DNA of 59,990 nucleotides from a virus (IMGVR_UViG_3300035533_000010:1-59990), one strand, 5' to 3'; positions 9,901 to 17,716 are shown, counted from the stretch's first letter. Notes: generated by a model from the sequence alone, not told the origin. Numbers and translations: made by a program.

Positions 9901-12900
9901 TGAATATGAAGACCTTAACGCTTTTGATAAAGGGAGCTCGTTCTTTTCGGATAACCCGAAATTGGCCGAGCAATACGCAGGGGTTGAAAGGTCCAAAGGG
10001 AAGATTGTCCCTCCGAATGTTTTCGGGTCAAACTGGGCATCCAGGACGGGGGGGCAAATTCTCCCTGTGTATATATCAATGCAAAACCCGTTGGTTATAG
10101 ACTTGAAGGGAGAACACGTTGGCTCGCAAAGAGGGAAGGCGATCTTTGAGGCAAAGAAAAAAGGACACGATGGGGTTATTTTTGAGAATGGAGAAGATAC
10201 GCCACAATCAAATGACCCGTACGGAACACTCCGGCCTATCCCTGGGACTGTCTATGTAGCCTTCTCCCCAACCCAAATCAAATCCGTATTCAACAAAGGC
10301 ACCTTCGACCCGAACAACCCCGACATCCGCTACACCTTCGCCGGCCCTGAATCCCGCACAGCCGACAAATCCAAAGCCTTTGAAGCGCAGCAGATGCGTG
10401 ATAGCGGAGTATCTCGTGTAAAGGTATGGAAGGATACCGGGTGGTGGGAGATCGTACCGGGATCGGATGTTTTTTCGTACGAGATAGACGATTCTGGGTT
10501 CACGTTCGATTACGACAAGATCCCTGACAACGTTTACAGCAAAGACAATATAGGCATCCGGGTGAAGGATGTTGTTAAGCACCCTGATTTTTTCAAAGCA
10601 TACCCCCACCTTGGCGATATTAAGATCATGAATGGGAATATCGGCGGGGAGCGTGGCGCATTTATGCCAGGCCAGTCTGAGGAAATTGGAACCATCACGA
10701 TCAACAAACCAGAGGTTTCAAAAAAGGAAGCCCGGTCAATCATTCTTCACGAATTACAGCACGTCGTTCAGAGCCAAGAGGGGTTCGCATGGGGCGGAAA
10801 TACCAGCAGTTTCAACTCAGCAGAAGACCAGAACGATGTATTGATGCCGATTCGCAAATCTCCTGAAATCCAGAAACTTTATCAAGAGTCAGACGAATTT
10901 TTGGAAAAAGGAGATGTCCAAACTGCCGTTGAGATCCACAAAGAGGCCGACCGTAAAGTGCGGCACATGGCCTACCAGCGGTTAACCGGCGAAGCCCAAT
11001 CCCGCCTCACCCAACGCCGCCTTGACATGACCCCTGCCCAACGCAAGCTGATACCCCCCTGGAAAACCCTTGAGAAGATGATGATGGAGGAAGGGCTGTT
11101 GCAGGAAGGGCAGAAACCCGAAGATGTTTTGATAAGCCGGGATGGTGCGGGGGTGGCGATGTCTAACGATTTTATGCGAAAGCAGACCATCCAGTATATC
11201 AAGGATCAGGGGTTTGCAAGCAGCTTGAATGAAGAAAAAGGCACTGTCACGCTTTATCATGGGACAAATAAAGCAGCAGCTACCAACATTGAAAAAACAG
11301 GCAAGATAAAAAGTTTCCCGTTTTTTGCATTTGATAAAAAAACAGCCAAGCGATTCGGGCAGCAGGCTATATCAAGGGGCACACCTGAAATTATCCCCAT
11401 GGAGGTTGATATTAACGCTGTGTTGCCTACCGGTAGCTATCTTTCCGCCAATGCAGATTCATTGGTACGCGGGGAGGATGGTATTTGGAGAATCCCTGCC
11501 GGGCAGATGTCAATGGCAATGTCCGAATCCACCGACCAGGAATACCTTGCCGCTGTTGAGCGGGGGGATATGGAAACGGCTCAGGTGATGGTTGAGGAAG
11601 CGGCGAAGGCGGCTGGGTTTGCGGTGGGGCCGGTGTATCATGGGACAAAATCAGACTTCACCGAGTTTAAAGAAAAGGCAGGTGGTATTTATTTTACAGA
11701 AGATGAAGGGTTTGCAGAGTACCCGTTCGCAGGAGAATATTCAGGTGGTGTCCATAAGGCATATTTAAAAACAAAAAATATGTTTGATGCACGACGTGGC
11801 AACATAATCAGCGAAAACAAAAAAACGCTTCAGGAAATAATTGATTCCAGATTTGACGCTGAAGAAATTGCACAGATACAAGAAAAGTTTGAAGACCCTG
11901 ACTGGGACCCGATGGATGCAATGATGTATGGAGAGTTGTGGACTGACGCAGGGCGCGACGCACAAAACAGCATCATGGAATCAATTAAAAGGCGAGGATT
12001 CGATGGTGTTATTTTCCATGATAGCCCCTCCCCTGGTGCAGATGGTTTTGACTCTTATGTGGTATTTAATGCTAACCAGATAAAACTCGCTGACCCCGTA
12101 ACCTACGACAACCAAGGCAACCCCATCCCCCTGTCACAACGCTTCACTGACAGCAGGGATATACGGTATCAGACTACGGCGGATCGCCAATACTCCAAGG
12201 CTGAAATCAAAAGATTTGGCGAATGGGTCAAAACCAAACTCCCCGGCTTCAAGGGTGACATGGCAAAACTCAAATATGGTTACGATACTTTCCGGGAAGA
12301 CGGAGAAGCCTTTGACCTTCCTGAAACGTCTACCGCATTTGAGACTTTCAAGCACAACATTGTCAATCAAATGGACCCCTTGAAAAAGATTAAGGAGTCT
12401 ATTGAAAAATCAATCAATGGTGTCCTTCCTGAATTTGCCGATGCTTACACAGAAGAAATGCTCAGGATCAGCAAGACCAAGGCACAGATCAATGAAGCGG
12501 ACGAGCGACATTTCAAACCTATCCGCAGGTTGATCGCTTTGTCAAAAAAGACCGTCAAGGATGTAGACGAGTTTTTATATGCCCGGCATGCACCGGAAGC
12601 CAATGCAAGATTGAGGCTGACCAACGCGCGCCTTGAATTGAAAAAACTTGCTGCACTCAGAAAAGGGAACGCTATTGAAAAAGAGATCAAAAAAATAGAC
12701 GACAAGTTTGAAAAAGACCCGTTTGGTTTTAGACAAGAGGCGTATCTTGATCTTTTGGAAAAAGAATTATCCAACCCAAAAACCCCAAAGGAAGAAGATT
12801 TTAAAAAAAGATGGGAAGCGTTTAAGGCAAAACCATCCGGGATGACCGATGCGGAAGCAGCGAAGATCCAGGCGAAATACAGAAACAATAAGACGTTCCA

Positions 12901-15016
12901 GGCAATAGGTCGCAAGTTCGATGCCATGAACGCAGACAGGCTTGAGATGATGAGGGCTTCCGGCCGGATCTCTTTTGCAGAATACAAGGCCATGAAAAAT
13001 ACGTTTCAGCACTATGCCCCTTTGCACAGAGAAGGCTTTGACACCATGCCGACCAGGGGCAGGGGCGTTTCCATGCTGGGCAGCGATGTAAAGACCAGGG
13101 GCGGGTCTACAAAAAGGGCGGTTGATCTTCTGGCCCATGCCATAGCTCAGTATGAAACCGCCATAATTAAATCAGAGAAAACAAACGTTGCCAGAAAGTT
13201 TCTGGCCATGATCCGGGAATATCCGCATTCAGCATGGCAGATTTCAGCGGTCAAGAAAGTCCCGGGTTATGATTCTGCCGGAAACATTGTCGAGCATACA
13301 GACATGGGCGAACAGTCCAACGAAATTAAAATCAAACTGGACGGCAAGGTTTATTCAGTCACCGCCCACAATATCCATACACAAAGGATCATTGAGGGGT
13401 TAAGGGGCGACAACTTTCAGTCAGGCCCCATTGTAAACGCCTTGAGCAGAATTAACCGGGTATTGGCGATGGTCAACACCACATTATCTCCTGAATTCAT
13501 GATCTCCAACTTTGCCAGAGACTTCCAGACAGCTTTATACAACCTGTCTGATACTGAGTTGCATAAAAAGAAAAAGGGTGTAATTAAGGCTATCCCAAAG
13601 GCCATGAAGGGGATGCACTCTTACTGGCGGGGTGATAAAAAACATGAATGGGCCAAATACGCCAAACAGTTTGAAGATGCCGGCGGCAAGATAGGATGGA
13701 TTGATTTTGCAGGGGATATTCAGTCCCGGGTTAAAAAGCTAGAAAGCGAAATAGATCTTTACCGGGATGGGCATGTTACCAAAAAATCATTGAATAAATT
13801 GGGAAAGGTGGTCGAGGATTACAATAGTATTGTGGAAAATTCCATGAGGCTTGCAACCTTTAAAACCCTTGTCGATAACGGAGTCTCAGAGAGAAAGGCC
13901 GCGTTGACCGCCAAAGAGCTGACTGTGAACTTCAACCAAAAAGGTGTATATGGTCAACTTATCAACTCCTTGTATCTGTTTTCAAACGCTGGTATTCAGG
14001 GGTCTGCAAAAATCCTTTCTGTTCTATATCGAAGCCCGAAAGCAAGAAAACTTGTATATGGCACGATGCTGGCCGCAACTGCGCTGGCTATTGCCAACCG
14101 TGGGATAGGCGGTGAAGATGATGACGGGATACCTTTCTATGATAAGGTTGACGAACATACCAAAGAAAGAAACATCGTCTTTATGATGCCAAACGGAAAG
14201 CATTTTAAAATACCCGCTCCATGGGGGTACAACGTATTTTGGGTTATCGGAACAGAATTTGGGGACATGATTGCAAAGCCGAATTACGATATTACAGAAG
14301 GGCTTGCAAGAATAATGACAGCTACCGCTGGGGCATTTAACCCGCTTCAGTCTTCAACCCTTTTGCAAACAATTTCTCCCACAATCATGGACCCTTTTGT
14401 TCAGGTAGGTGAAAACAAAACCTGGATGGGTACACCACTCATGCCTGAAAATAATCCTTTCTCAAGGGTAAAACGGCCTGATTCTGAGCTATATTGGGCG
14501 AGCGCAAGGCAACCCTCTGTCTGGCTGGCAAAACAGCTTAATTCAATATCAGGAGGCAACCAGATAAAGCCGGGCGCAATGAGTGTATCACCTGAAACAT
14601 TGGACTTGGTTTGGGACACCATGACTGGTTCGGCAGGAAGGTTCATCGCAGACACTACAGAACTTCCCTTCAAGATTGCCCGGGGTGAAATGGAGTTAAG
14701 AGACACACCGTTTGCCAGAAGGTTGTTTGGTCAGAAATCAGATTACACCGACTCTACAATGTACCGGGAAAACATTACCCGTGTTTATCAAATAGCAGAA
14801 CAGATAAAAACATTTCCGGAAGAAGCGGCTACCTTGAGACAAGACCCTGCATACCGCCTTTACGGAATGGCCAAGATGACAGAATCCCAAATTAAAAAAC
14901 TTAACAAGCAGCTCAAATCTGTCAGATCGGAAAGCACAAAAAAGAAAATTGAAGCCCAAATACAAAGATTGAAACAAAGGTTTAACGGAAGATACTACCA
15001 ATTAAAGGAGAGTTAA
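3929..15016 (+). CDS. Giant 3,695-aa polyvalent (multi-effector) virion protein candidate: five (F/Y)HG(T/R) ART-like modules, two zincin HExxH modules, membrane-associated C-terminal region
   Basis: Uninterrupted 11,088-nt ORF that starts immediately after the upstream TAA. Module motifs are listed as separate features. All antisense ORFs in this span are shadow ORFs. Confidence 0.9.
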   Translation: MASWQTGWPGDKQKPAASNWKLGWPTDQSEIDQGPDLKIIDPLQEGAKDVVRSGLGAAKMLADTAQGSMAGNLKKAVYGAADADILKPDPDYKRSEGWRGYVEDVVRMSPQVGAQLGVALTPGGLVGSTAFMGSQIAGGTYETLREQDVPVVRAIQASLANAAMQAPLEALSLNRALKLWKPTKKGMGAARDIVGAMGTEFVTEWAQKYPELATEIWAKTEGAPAEDRVNQFVERFAETTKGGMYEGAVAAPFGGLVRGASLVTQRGAEGPQVAGKKDPAQTAIDSINGDPEATADVDRKLEQIIAGDTLTKETTDTRERPFDPSTYQEAGLEDWAMATRMNQPPLTQAQQNDARMRQIEAADEATGRQMEQWQGRTVEVPETDQTEFGRQQEEESYWGQQRREIEKQQDVRRVQNQLNLINKKKRPSQDDRKKIQALESRLIELAGPKDRVRLEAAKRQRQIDREGQPKPAPPSSETAYALQQMKAEALGSETKGVTQANMFQDETIGFSASSPKWMRDLNANMPKGQLFSRKEIAGLIDKYTSGQKMTSKQFDRFQLLKNAADTYRKTEGGYVSQDMANDLERKGYEVYAGAEFEAGELKPGDKFVGEVEGVRDEWTVGDTNADGVLMKDGVSKRVVPFDTVKVDGYKPFAGLDQQMDEAVKVDNNLEKVTDDSVKVDNKSTDKESLDVPKQLFHGTAAKDFETFEGIPYLTDNQEEARAFSEGVHLGGGTGGAKRVLPVSHKLNKVKDIAGKVDEALFLGEDIDDVIGSELKQAKKNGYDAVTFMHPPSVGDNDFRVYVPTSNELVSIEKTTPPTEVQKDTEQQTPGASADGVATNRLTDFLKQEIGLKYEKQGATWQDVAASFSKSKDPFRFYEESKDEFHPDSHKAIFKRVVKQALTDNKPVPPEVLKDYPDLAPATSAASATTGGVSSKAQPDILPKSGKPFPNKGTAKMALIRAKAKDTHEVVEVDGGFVGRAKGDLKFQTSANNKNLAIVHNLTGANLNHALKMGGLPVPSTAVIDVEKSEFDSFGDITLIADKDQLGPGKAGNKYFNADVYSPRYPSVQYKLTAKDERNLVDFLNDAYKTIPKPETGRIEIDHPMSVVGSMDGKSVLDRFTLKTSPLVEYAFLKEKGRLPKNVDYSVWESRQAMRKAVDKFGRDKFDAWVDQKIDTLGIQEEEKIFDGFTYSGNRKYLKHDLDTVVRILKRELQDGEGFNYGVPSIRSKVARQFRTVKQIQDSRDDIISKQDMEKVKDEVNKEFDELFNEVQPYLKHAPRFGAQDNFSEHIKEAIDDRNFDGVFGENSDYYEPGVDVDAIREFVGKLQNLPTEYFEGKIQRAVGLDEFAYAIVPAGTPIATRRKLNQQGIKVLTYKKGDQADRAEKIRQATKTGGLRFQTTYHGTPHIWPPEPGFPHGRPRLDKIGTGEGAAAYGWGFYTAEAAEIGVYYHEGLSKSPILETDKFDGDFVIRNGQEYPIYETGKSEPYILTGGTYKLDIPDQVIPKLLDWDAPLSEQSEYVKKKIEPTVKRFEKDMEARNPVNRKIANGQDLYNWVRAEESDKIGWASSQQAASEYLASIGIPGNRYLDGMSRNRPTQIKREIGEIKDTIQKLKKEAKGIKQEINNNRANKGLTKRFFTSRQTKIEEIESEIKYRESKVKDLKSETGNSNYVIWDQKVLDQIALLERNGEKLDAIRKFQTGQTHAQSGKLTKKENTNGRTLAGKRAAPSDKQQRSEKISFSDAERRFSNLFGYQDPDGTTQLVRSITKTNRQVQKVAEALGLQVFFFKSDHPKLSTANGFTNKGERVVYINVKADDPLLPIVGHEFIHQLERNHPDLYDFLLNTLRVSDKNFERYVATLVKSREGLDFGELSEAKKEEFYEEFIGDFTFDQFHKTEFWQKLVNQNRTMTERIIDVLQSILDKIRSIYPRAEMFVSNLRESQDALVSVLDEVMEREFAPAPGINSKAFRDWFGDSKVVNEDGKPLVVYHGRSDEYEDLNAFDKGSSFFSDNPKLAEQYAGVERSKGKIVPPNVFGSNWASRTGGQILPVYISMQNPLVIDLKGEHVGSQRGKAIFEAKKKGHDGVIFENGEDTPQSNDPYGTLRPIPGTVYVAFSPTQIKSVFNKGTFDPNNPDIRYTFAGPESRTADKSKAFEAQQMRDSGVSRVKVWKDTGWWEIVPGSDVFSYEIDDSGFTFDYDKIPDNVYSKDNIGIRVKDVVKHPDFFKAYPHLGDIKIMNGNIGGERGAFMPGQSEEIGTITINKPEVSKKEARSIILHELQHVVQSQEGFAWGGNTSSFNSAEDQNDVLMPIRKSPEIQKLYQESDEFLEKGDVQTAVEIHKEADRKVRHMAYQRLTGEAQSRLTQRRLDMTPAQRKLIPPWKTLEKMMMEEGLLQEGQKPEDVLISRDGAGVAMSNDFMRKQTIQYIKDQGFASSLNEEKGTVTLYHGTNKAAATNIEKTGKIKSFPFFAFDKKTAKRFGQQAISRGTPEIIPMEVDINAVLPTGSYLSANADSLVRGEDGIWRIPAGQMSMAMSESTDQEYLAAVERGDMETAQVMVEEAAKAAGFAVGPVYHGTKSDFTEFKEKAGGIYFTEDEGFAEYPFAGEYSGGVHKAYLKTKNMFDARRGNIISENKKTLQEIIDSRFDAEEIAQIQEKFEDPDWDPMDAMMYGELWTDAGRDAQNSIMESIKRRGFDGVIFHDSPSPGADGFDSYVVFNANQIKLADPVTYDNQGNPIPLSQRFTDSRDIRYQTTADRQYSKAEIKRFGEWVKTKLPGFKGDMAKLKYGYDTFREDGEAFDLPETSTAFETFKHNIVNQMDPLKKIKESIEKSINGVLPEFADAYTEEMLRISKTKAQINEADERHFKPIRRLIALSKKTVKDVDEFLYARHAPEANARLRLTNARLELKKLAALRKGNAIEKEIKKIDDKFEKDPFGFRQEAYLDLLEKELSNPKTPKEEDFKKRWEAFKAKPSGMTDAEAAKIQAKYRNNKTFQAIGRKFDAMNADRLEMMRASGRISFAEYKAMKNTFQHYAPLHREGFDTMPTRGRGVSMLGSDVKTRGGSTKRAVDLLAHAIAQYETAIIKSEKTNVARKFLAMIREYPHSAWQISAVKKVPGYDSAGNIVEHTDMGEQSNEIKIKLDGKVYSVTAHNIHTQRIIEGLRGDNFQSGPIVNALSRINRVLAMVNTTLSPEFMISNFARDFQTALYNLSDTELHKKKKGVIKAIPKAMKGMHSYWRGDKKHEWAKYAKQFEDAGGKIGWIDFAGDIQSRVKKLESEIDLYRDGHVTKKSLNKLGKVVEDYNSIVENSMRLATFKTLVDNGVSERKAALTAKELTVNFNQKGVYGQLINSLYLFSNAGIQGSAKILSVLYRSPKARKLVYGTMLAATALAIANRGIGGEDDDGIPFYDKVDEHTKERNIVFMMPNGKHFKIPAPWGYNVFWVIGTEFGDMIAKPNYDITEGLARIMTATAGAFNPLQSSTLLQTISPTIMDPFVQVGENKTWMGTPLMPENNPFSRVKRPDSELYWASARQPSVWLAKQLNSISGGNQIKPGAMSVSPETLDLVWDTMTGSAGRFIADTTELPFKIARGEMELRDTPFARRLFGQKSDYTDSTMYRENITRVYQIAEQIKTFPEEAATLRQDPAYRLYGMAKMTESQIKKLNKQLKSVRSESTKKKIEAQIQRLKQRFNGRYYQLKES
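6002..6366 (+). other. Giant protein module 1, FHGT-type (ADP-ribosyltransferase-like, tentative)
   Basis: PKQLFHGTAAKDFETFEGIPYLTDNQEEARAF ... KKNGYDAVTFMHPP ... FRVYVPTSNELV. It shares the start and tail pattern of modules at 9884 and 11636. Confidence 0.4.
8111..9010 (+). other. Giant protein module 2, YHGTPH...IGTGEGAAAYGWGFYTAE type, with an AT-rich in-frame insertion
   Basis: LRFQTTYHGTPHIWPPEPGFPHGRPRLDKIGTGEGAAAYGWGFYTAEAAE ... LDWDAPLSEQSEYV ... ASIGIPGNRYLDGMSRNR ... NSNYVIWDQKVLDQI. I recall this pattern from large phage and plasmid polyvalent proteins. Confidence 0.45.
9395..9409 (+). other. Zincin metallopeptidase motif HEFIH (giant protein aa 1823-1827)
   Basis: The context VVYINVKADDPLLPIVGHEFIHQLERNHPDLYDFL is typical of an HExxH active-site helix. 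Confidence 0.55.
9884..10290 (+). other. Giant protein module 3, YHGR-type (ART-like, tentative)
   Basis: PLVVYHGRSDEYEDLNAFDKGSSFFSDNPKLAEQY ... KKKGHDGVIFENGED ... VYVAFSPTQIKSV. Confidence 0.4.
10748..10762 (+). other. Second zincin motif HELQH (giant protein aa 2274-2278)
   Basis: Context KHPDFFKAYPHLGDIKI ... EARSIILHELQHVVQSQEGFAWGGN. Confidence 0.55.
11255..11500 (+). other. Giant protein module 4, YHGT-type (short, divergent)
   Basis: GTVTLYHGTNKAAATNIEKTGKIKSFPFFAFDKKTAKRFGQQ. Confidence 0.35.
11636..12100 (+). other. Giant protein module 5, YHGT-type (ART-like, tentative)
   Basis: EYLAAVERGDMETAQVMVEEAAKAAGFAVGPVYHGTKSDFTEFKEKAGGIYFTEDEGFAEY ... KRRGFDGVIFHDSP ... SYVVFNANQIKLADP. 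Confidence 0.45.
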
Positions 15017-15017
15017 A

Positions 15018-15299
15018 ATGTACCTACCCATTAACGAAACCCTACCCGCCACTGGAAACACCCCCGTTGAAGTCACGATAGACTCTGCCGGTTGTGCTGG
15101 CTACATCGTCCAGGCCAGGGGAAGTGTTGACATGCTTATTTCAAGTGTCAGCTTTGACCCCACAACGGATGTCTACTGGACTGTCAAGGCAGGAGGAACA
15201 TTTGCAATAGATGAAGTCTTAGGGCCAAACGCAACTGTACTCCACGCTGTATCCGTGGGCGCTGCCGATACCATTGAACTGGTGAAAGTGAGGCTGTGA
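15018..15299 (+). CDS. Hypothetical small structural-module protein
   Basis: 93-aa ORF starting 2 nt after the giant gene stop, with AAAGGAGAG just upstream. Confidence 0.7.
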   Translation: MYLPINETLPATGNTPVEVTIDSAGCAGYIVQARGSVDMLISSVSFDPTTDVYWTVKAGGTFAIDEVLGPNATVLHAVSVGAADTIELVKVRL

Positions 15300-17044
15300 T
15301 GACTTATATAAGATCAGAAGGGCCGAATGCTTCTGCGGCTGAAATCGCCAAGATCCACACTCAGGACACCGACACTTACCTGGATAAAGGCGGAGCCAAC
15401 GAAGTGAATGCGGCTGAGGTGAAAGGCCACCTTGGCAGCACCAACGGTCATCCGGTCGCCACAGCATCAGTCGACGGCTTCATGTCTAAGGAATATGCCG
15501 CCAAGGTAGACATCCTGTCTGCCGCAAAAATCAATTATTCCGGGTACCCGGGAGAAGCCGGGTTCCCTAACGGCATTTGTCCAGAAAACAGCCTGCCGTC
15601 AGGCATGCTGCCGTTGTCCGGATATACAGACCCCACCAGCCCGAATTACGGAAACTATATCTATTCCGACGGGTCCATTATGGTCTACCGCCCTCAGACT
15701 TTTATAAAAGTGGGCGATGGCATCAACGGGCTGGCAGTAAATGAAGTTGATGTTGTTCCCTGGGATGCGTTTGCAACCGAAGCCGAGGCAAATGATGCTG
15801 GGTATTTCATCCATGATATTTTTAAAAACGGCGCCGTGCTGAAAAAAGGTATATTCAGGGATAAGTATCATAATTCCAAAAATGCAAAAGGCACCGGGTT
15901 TGTTGCCAGCTCAATTAAAAACGGACTGCCGATTTCCATGAGTGCCGATCATAACCCGGTTGCCGACCTGACGGCTTGCTCAGCAAACGCCTATTATGAG
16001 GCGATTAATGCCGCACATGCCAGGGATGGTGTTGACGGGGCAGTGAATGCAAGCTCTATCTTTTTTGTTGAGCCTCGGCAGTTTGCCGCTTACATGGCCC
16101 TGACCACCACGGCCCACGCACAAGCATCCACATCAGACACTTATTGTGCCTATTATGATGCGACAGGCGTGGCAAACTATCCCAAAGGGTGCAACAACAA
16201 CGCGCTCGGAGATACCGATGACGGGTCTGTCTCCTATGTGAGTGACGGATATTCCAATTGCGGCAAGGCCGGATCAGGTACACCGTTTGCGAAAATAACC
16301 GATAATGGGCAGGAGTGTGGAATAGCAGATGTAAACGGCCTGATGTGGCGTATTAACATTGGTATGACCTGTATTACAACCACCGCCTCTATCACCTCAG
16401 CGACTCAGGCAAACCCGTGCCAGATCACAGCGGCTGCGCATGGCAAGTCAACCGGCGATTGGGTTATGATCACTGGGGTTGCAGGTATGACAGAACTCAA
16501 CGACAAATTGTATCAGATAACTGTCGTTGATGTAGACAATTTCACCCTGGATGGCATCGATGCCACCTTGTACACAGCATATACGTCAGGTGGAACCGCC
16601 ACGTTCGGTGCGTTTTACAAAAAAACGGATGCGGCTGAATATGAGGATTTTACGTCTGGGAACTCATTGGCCACAGACCACTGGGGAGCAACCGGTGTTG
16701 CAGCAATGATGGAGGAGGTTGAGCCGGAATTTGTTTCTGGTGGTGCCTTTGCGCAACGGTTCGGGAACAGTACAAACCAAGTGTTGAGTCCAGATATCAC
16801 AGGAAATGATTTTGAGATTCTCCAGCTCGGCTTGCCTGTTTCCGGCGGGGCCAGTTCCGGCGGTACCAATTTGTTCGGATCTGATTATTTTTACCAGTAT
16901 ATCAGAAATGAACTATGCGTGGTTGCCGGCGGCGCTTGGACCTATGGTTCCGCCGCCGGAGTGTTCAGCGTCCTTTTGAACCACCTCCGGACGTCTTCGA
17001 GCGCCTACGTCGGGTTTGCCTGTTGCGTCTACCCTACAGATTAA
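15299..17044 (+). CDS. Tail fibre / receptor-binding-like protein
   Basis: ATG 15299 overlaps the upstream TGA (TGATG); the track start is GTG 15296. The protein is G/A/T/S-rich. An internal SH3-like segment, STGDWVMITGVAGMTELNDKLYQITVVDVDNFTLDG, resembles the E1-FCCH-type insert seen in phage fibre proteins. Confidence 0.6.
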   Translation: MTYIRSEGPNASAAEIAKIHTQDTDTYLDKGGANEVNAAEVKGHLGSTNGHPVATASVDGFMSKEYAAKVDILSAAKINYSGYPGEAGFPNGICPENSLPSGMLPLSGYTDPTSPNYGNYIYSDGSIMVYRPQTFIKVGDGINGLAVNEVDVVPWDAFATEAEANDAGYFIHDIFKNGAVLKKGIFRDKYHNSKNAKGTGFVASSIKNGLPISMSADHNPVADLTACSANAYYEAINAAHARDGVDGAVNASSIFFVEPRQFAAYMALTTTAHAQASTSDTYCAYYDATGVANYPKGCNNNALGDTDDGSVSYVSDGYSNCGKAGSGTPFAKITDNGQECGIADVNGLMWRINIGMTCITTTASITSATQANPCQITAAAHGKSTGDWVMITGVAGMTELNDKLYQITVVDVDNFTLDGIDATLYTAYTSGGTATFGAFYKKTDAAEYEDFTSGNSLATDHWGATGVAAMMEEVEPEFVSGGAFAQRFGNSTNQVLSPDITGNDFEILQLGLPVSGGASSGGTNLFGSDYFYQYIRNELCVVAGGAWTYGSAAGVFSVLLNHLRTSSSAYVGFACCVYPTD

Positions 17045-17051
17045 TATATTG

Positions 17052-17080
17052 TTGACTTTCTGTTACTCCTGTTATACAAT
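17052..17080 (+). promoter_or_regulatory. Sigma70-like promoter candidate (TTGACT-17-TACAAT)
   Basis: TTGACT at 17052-17057, a 17-nt spacer, TACAAT at 17075-17080. It lies in the 72-nt gap after the fibre gene and upstream of the HNH-like gene. Confidence 0.4.
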
Positions 17081-17113
17081 AAAGCATCTTAAACCAGTAT
17101 AAAGGAGTAACAG
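17060..17113 (+). promoter_or_regulatory. 10-bp perfect inverted repeat whose 3' arm covers the SD of the next gene
   Basis: CTGTTACTCC (17060-17069) pairs with GGAGTAACAG (17104-17113). The second arm contains the AAAGGAG located 4-10 nt before ATG 17117. Confidence 0.6.
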
Positions 17114-17116
17114 AAA

Positions 17117-17716
17117 ATGCCAAAAAGAATTGAACACGAGATTGAAAATGGAATTGAATTAAAATGGTGTGCAAAATGCGAAAGGTGGCGTGAATTGGAA
17201 TTGTTTCACACAACAAATAATAGAACTTGGGATAATAGATATTATTGCTGTATGGATTGTTACAATGAAAAGAGACTCAATGACCCGGCCATCAATGCCG
17301 CTAATGTATACAAAAACATGCTCGACAGGTGTAAAAATGATCTTGGGTATGTTGCAAAGAATATTCATGTAAGAGTGTCGAAAAAAGATTTTATGGAGTG
17401 GTATATAAAACGCTGGTTCAAGGGTTGTCAAGTAGACAGAAAGGACAATTCTGGGGATTATGAAATAGGCAATATGCAACTTATTTCCAGGAAAGAACAC
17501 AATTATAAATCCAGACAAGACAAACTTACGTCCTATGGGATTGTCGAACCGAAATGCAAAAGGTTTTGTTATTCTTGCGAGAAAATGAAGCCTTATAAAG
17601 AGTTTTATCGGCGCAAAAGAAAAGTATCTAAAATCAACCCTCTTGGCTTGAGCGAAACCTGCAAAGACTGTGAGCGGAAACGACGCAAAAAACGATATAA
17701 GGAGACACGCAAATGA
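17117..17716 (+). CDS. HNH-like endonuclease with CxxC zinc ribbons (first catalytic His replaced)
   Basis: CAKCERW..CCMDCYN and CYSCEK..CKDCERK flank VDRKDNSGDYEIGNMQLISRKEHN. This is an HNH_3-like core that reads DR instead of DH. Confidence 0.6.
   Translation: MPKRIEHEIENGIELKWCAKCERWRELELFHTTNNRTWDNRYYCCMDCYNEKRLNDPAINAANVYKNMLDRCKNDLGYVAKNIHVRVSKKDFMEWYIKRWFKGCQVDRKDNSGDYEIGNMQLISRKEHNYKSRQDKLTSYGIVEPKCKRFCYSCEKMKPYKEFYRRKRKVSKINPLGLSETCKDCERKRRKKRYKETRK

Noticed and set aside
3929-15016. The giant ORF as an N4-type virion RNA polymerase (similar size, similar slot downstream of an N4-type capsid gene)
   Set aside because: I could not find T7/N4-type polymerase motifs (T/DxxGR, motif A/C Asp contexts, motif B R-x3-K-x7-YG). 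The only faint resemblance (AKELTVNFNQKGVYG at about nt 13,920) has the wrong spacing and lies in the C-terminal membrane-like region. The early genes have sigma70-type promoters, which is consistent with use of the host RNAP.
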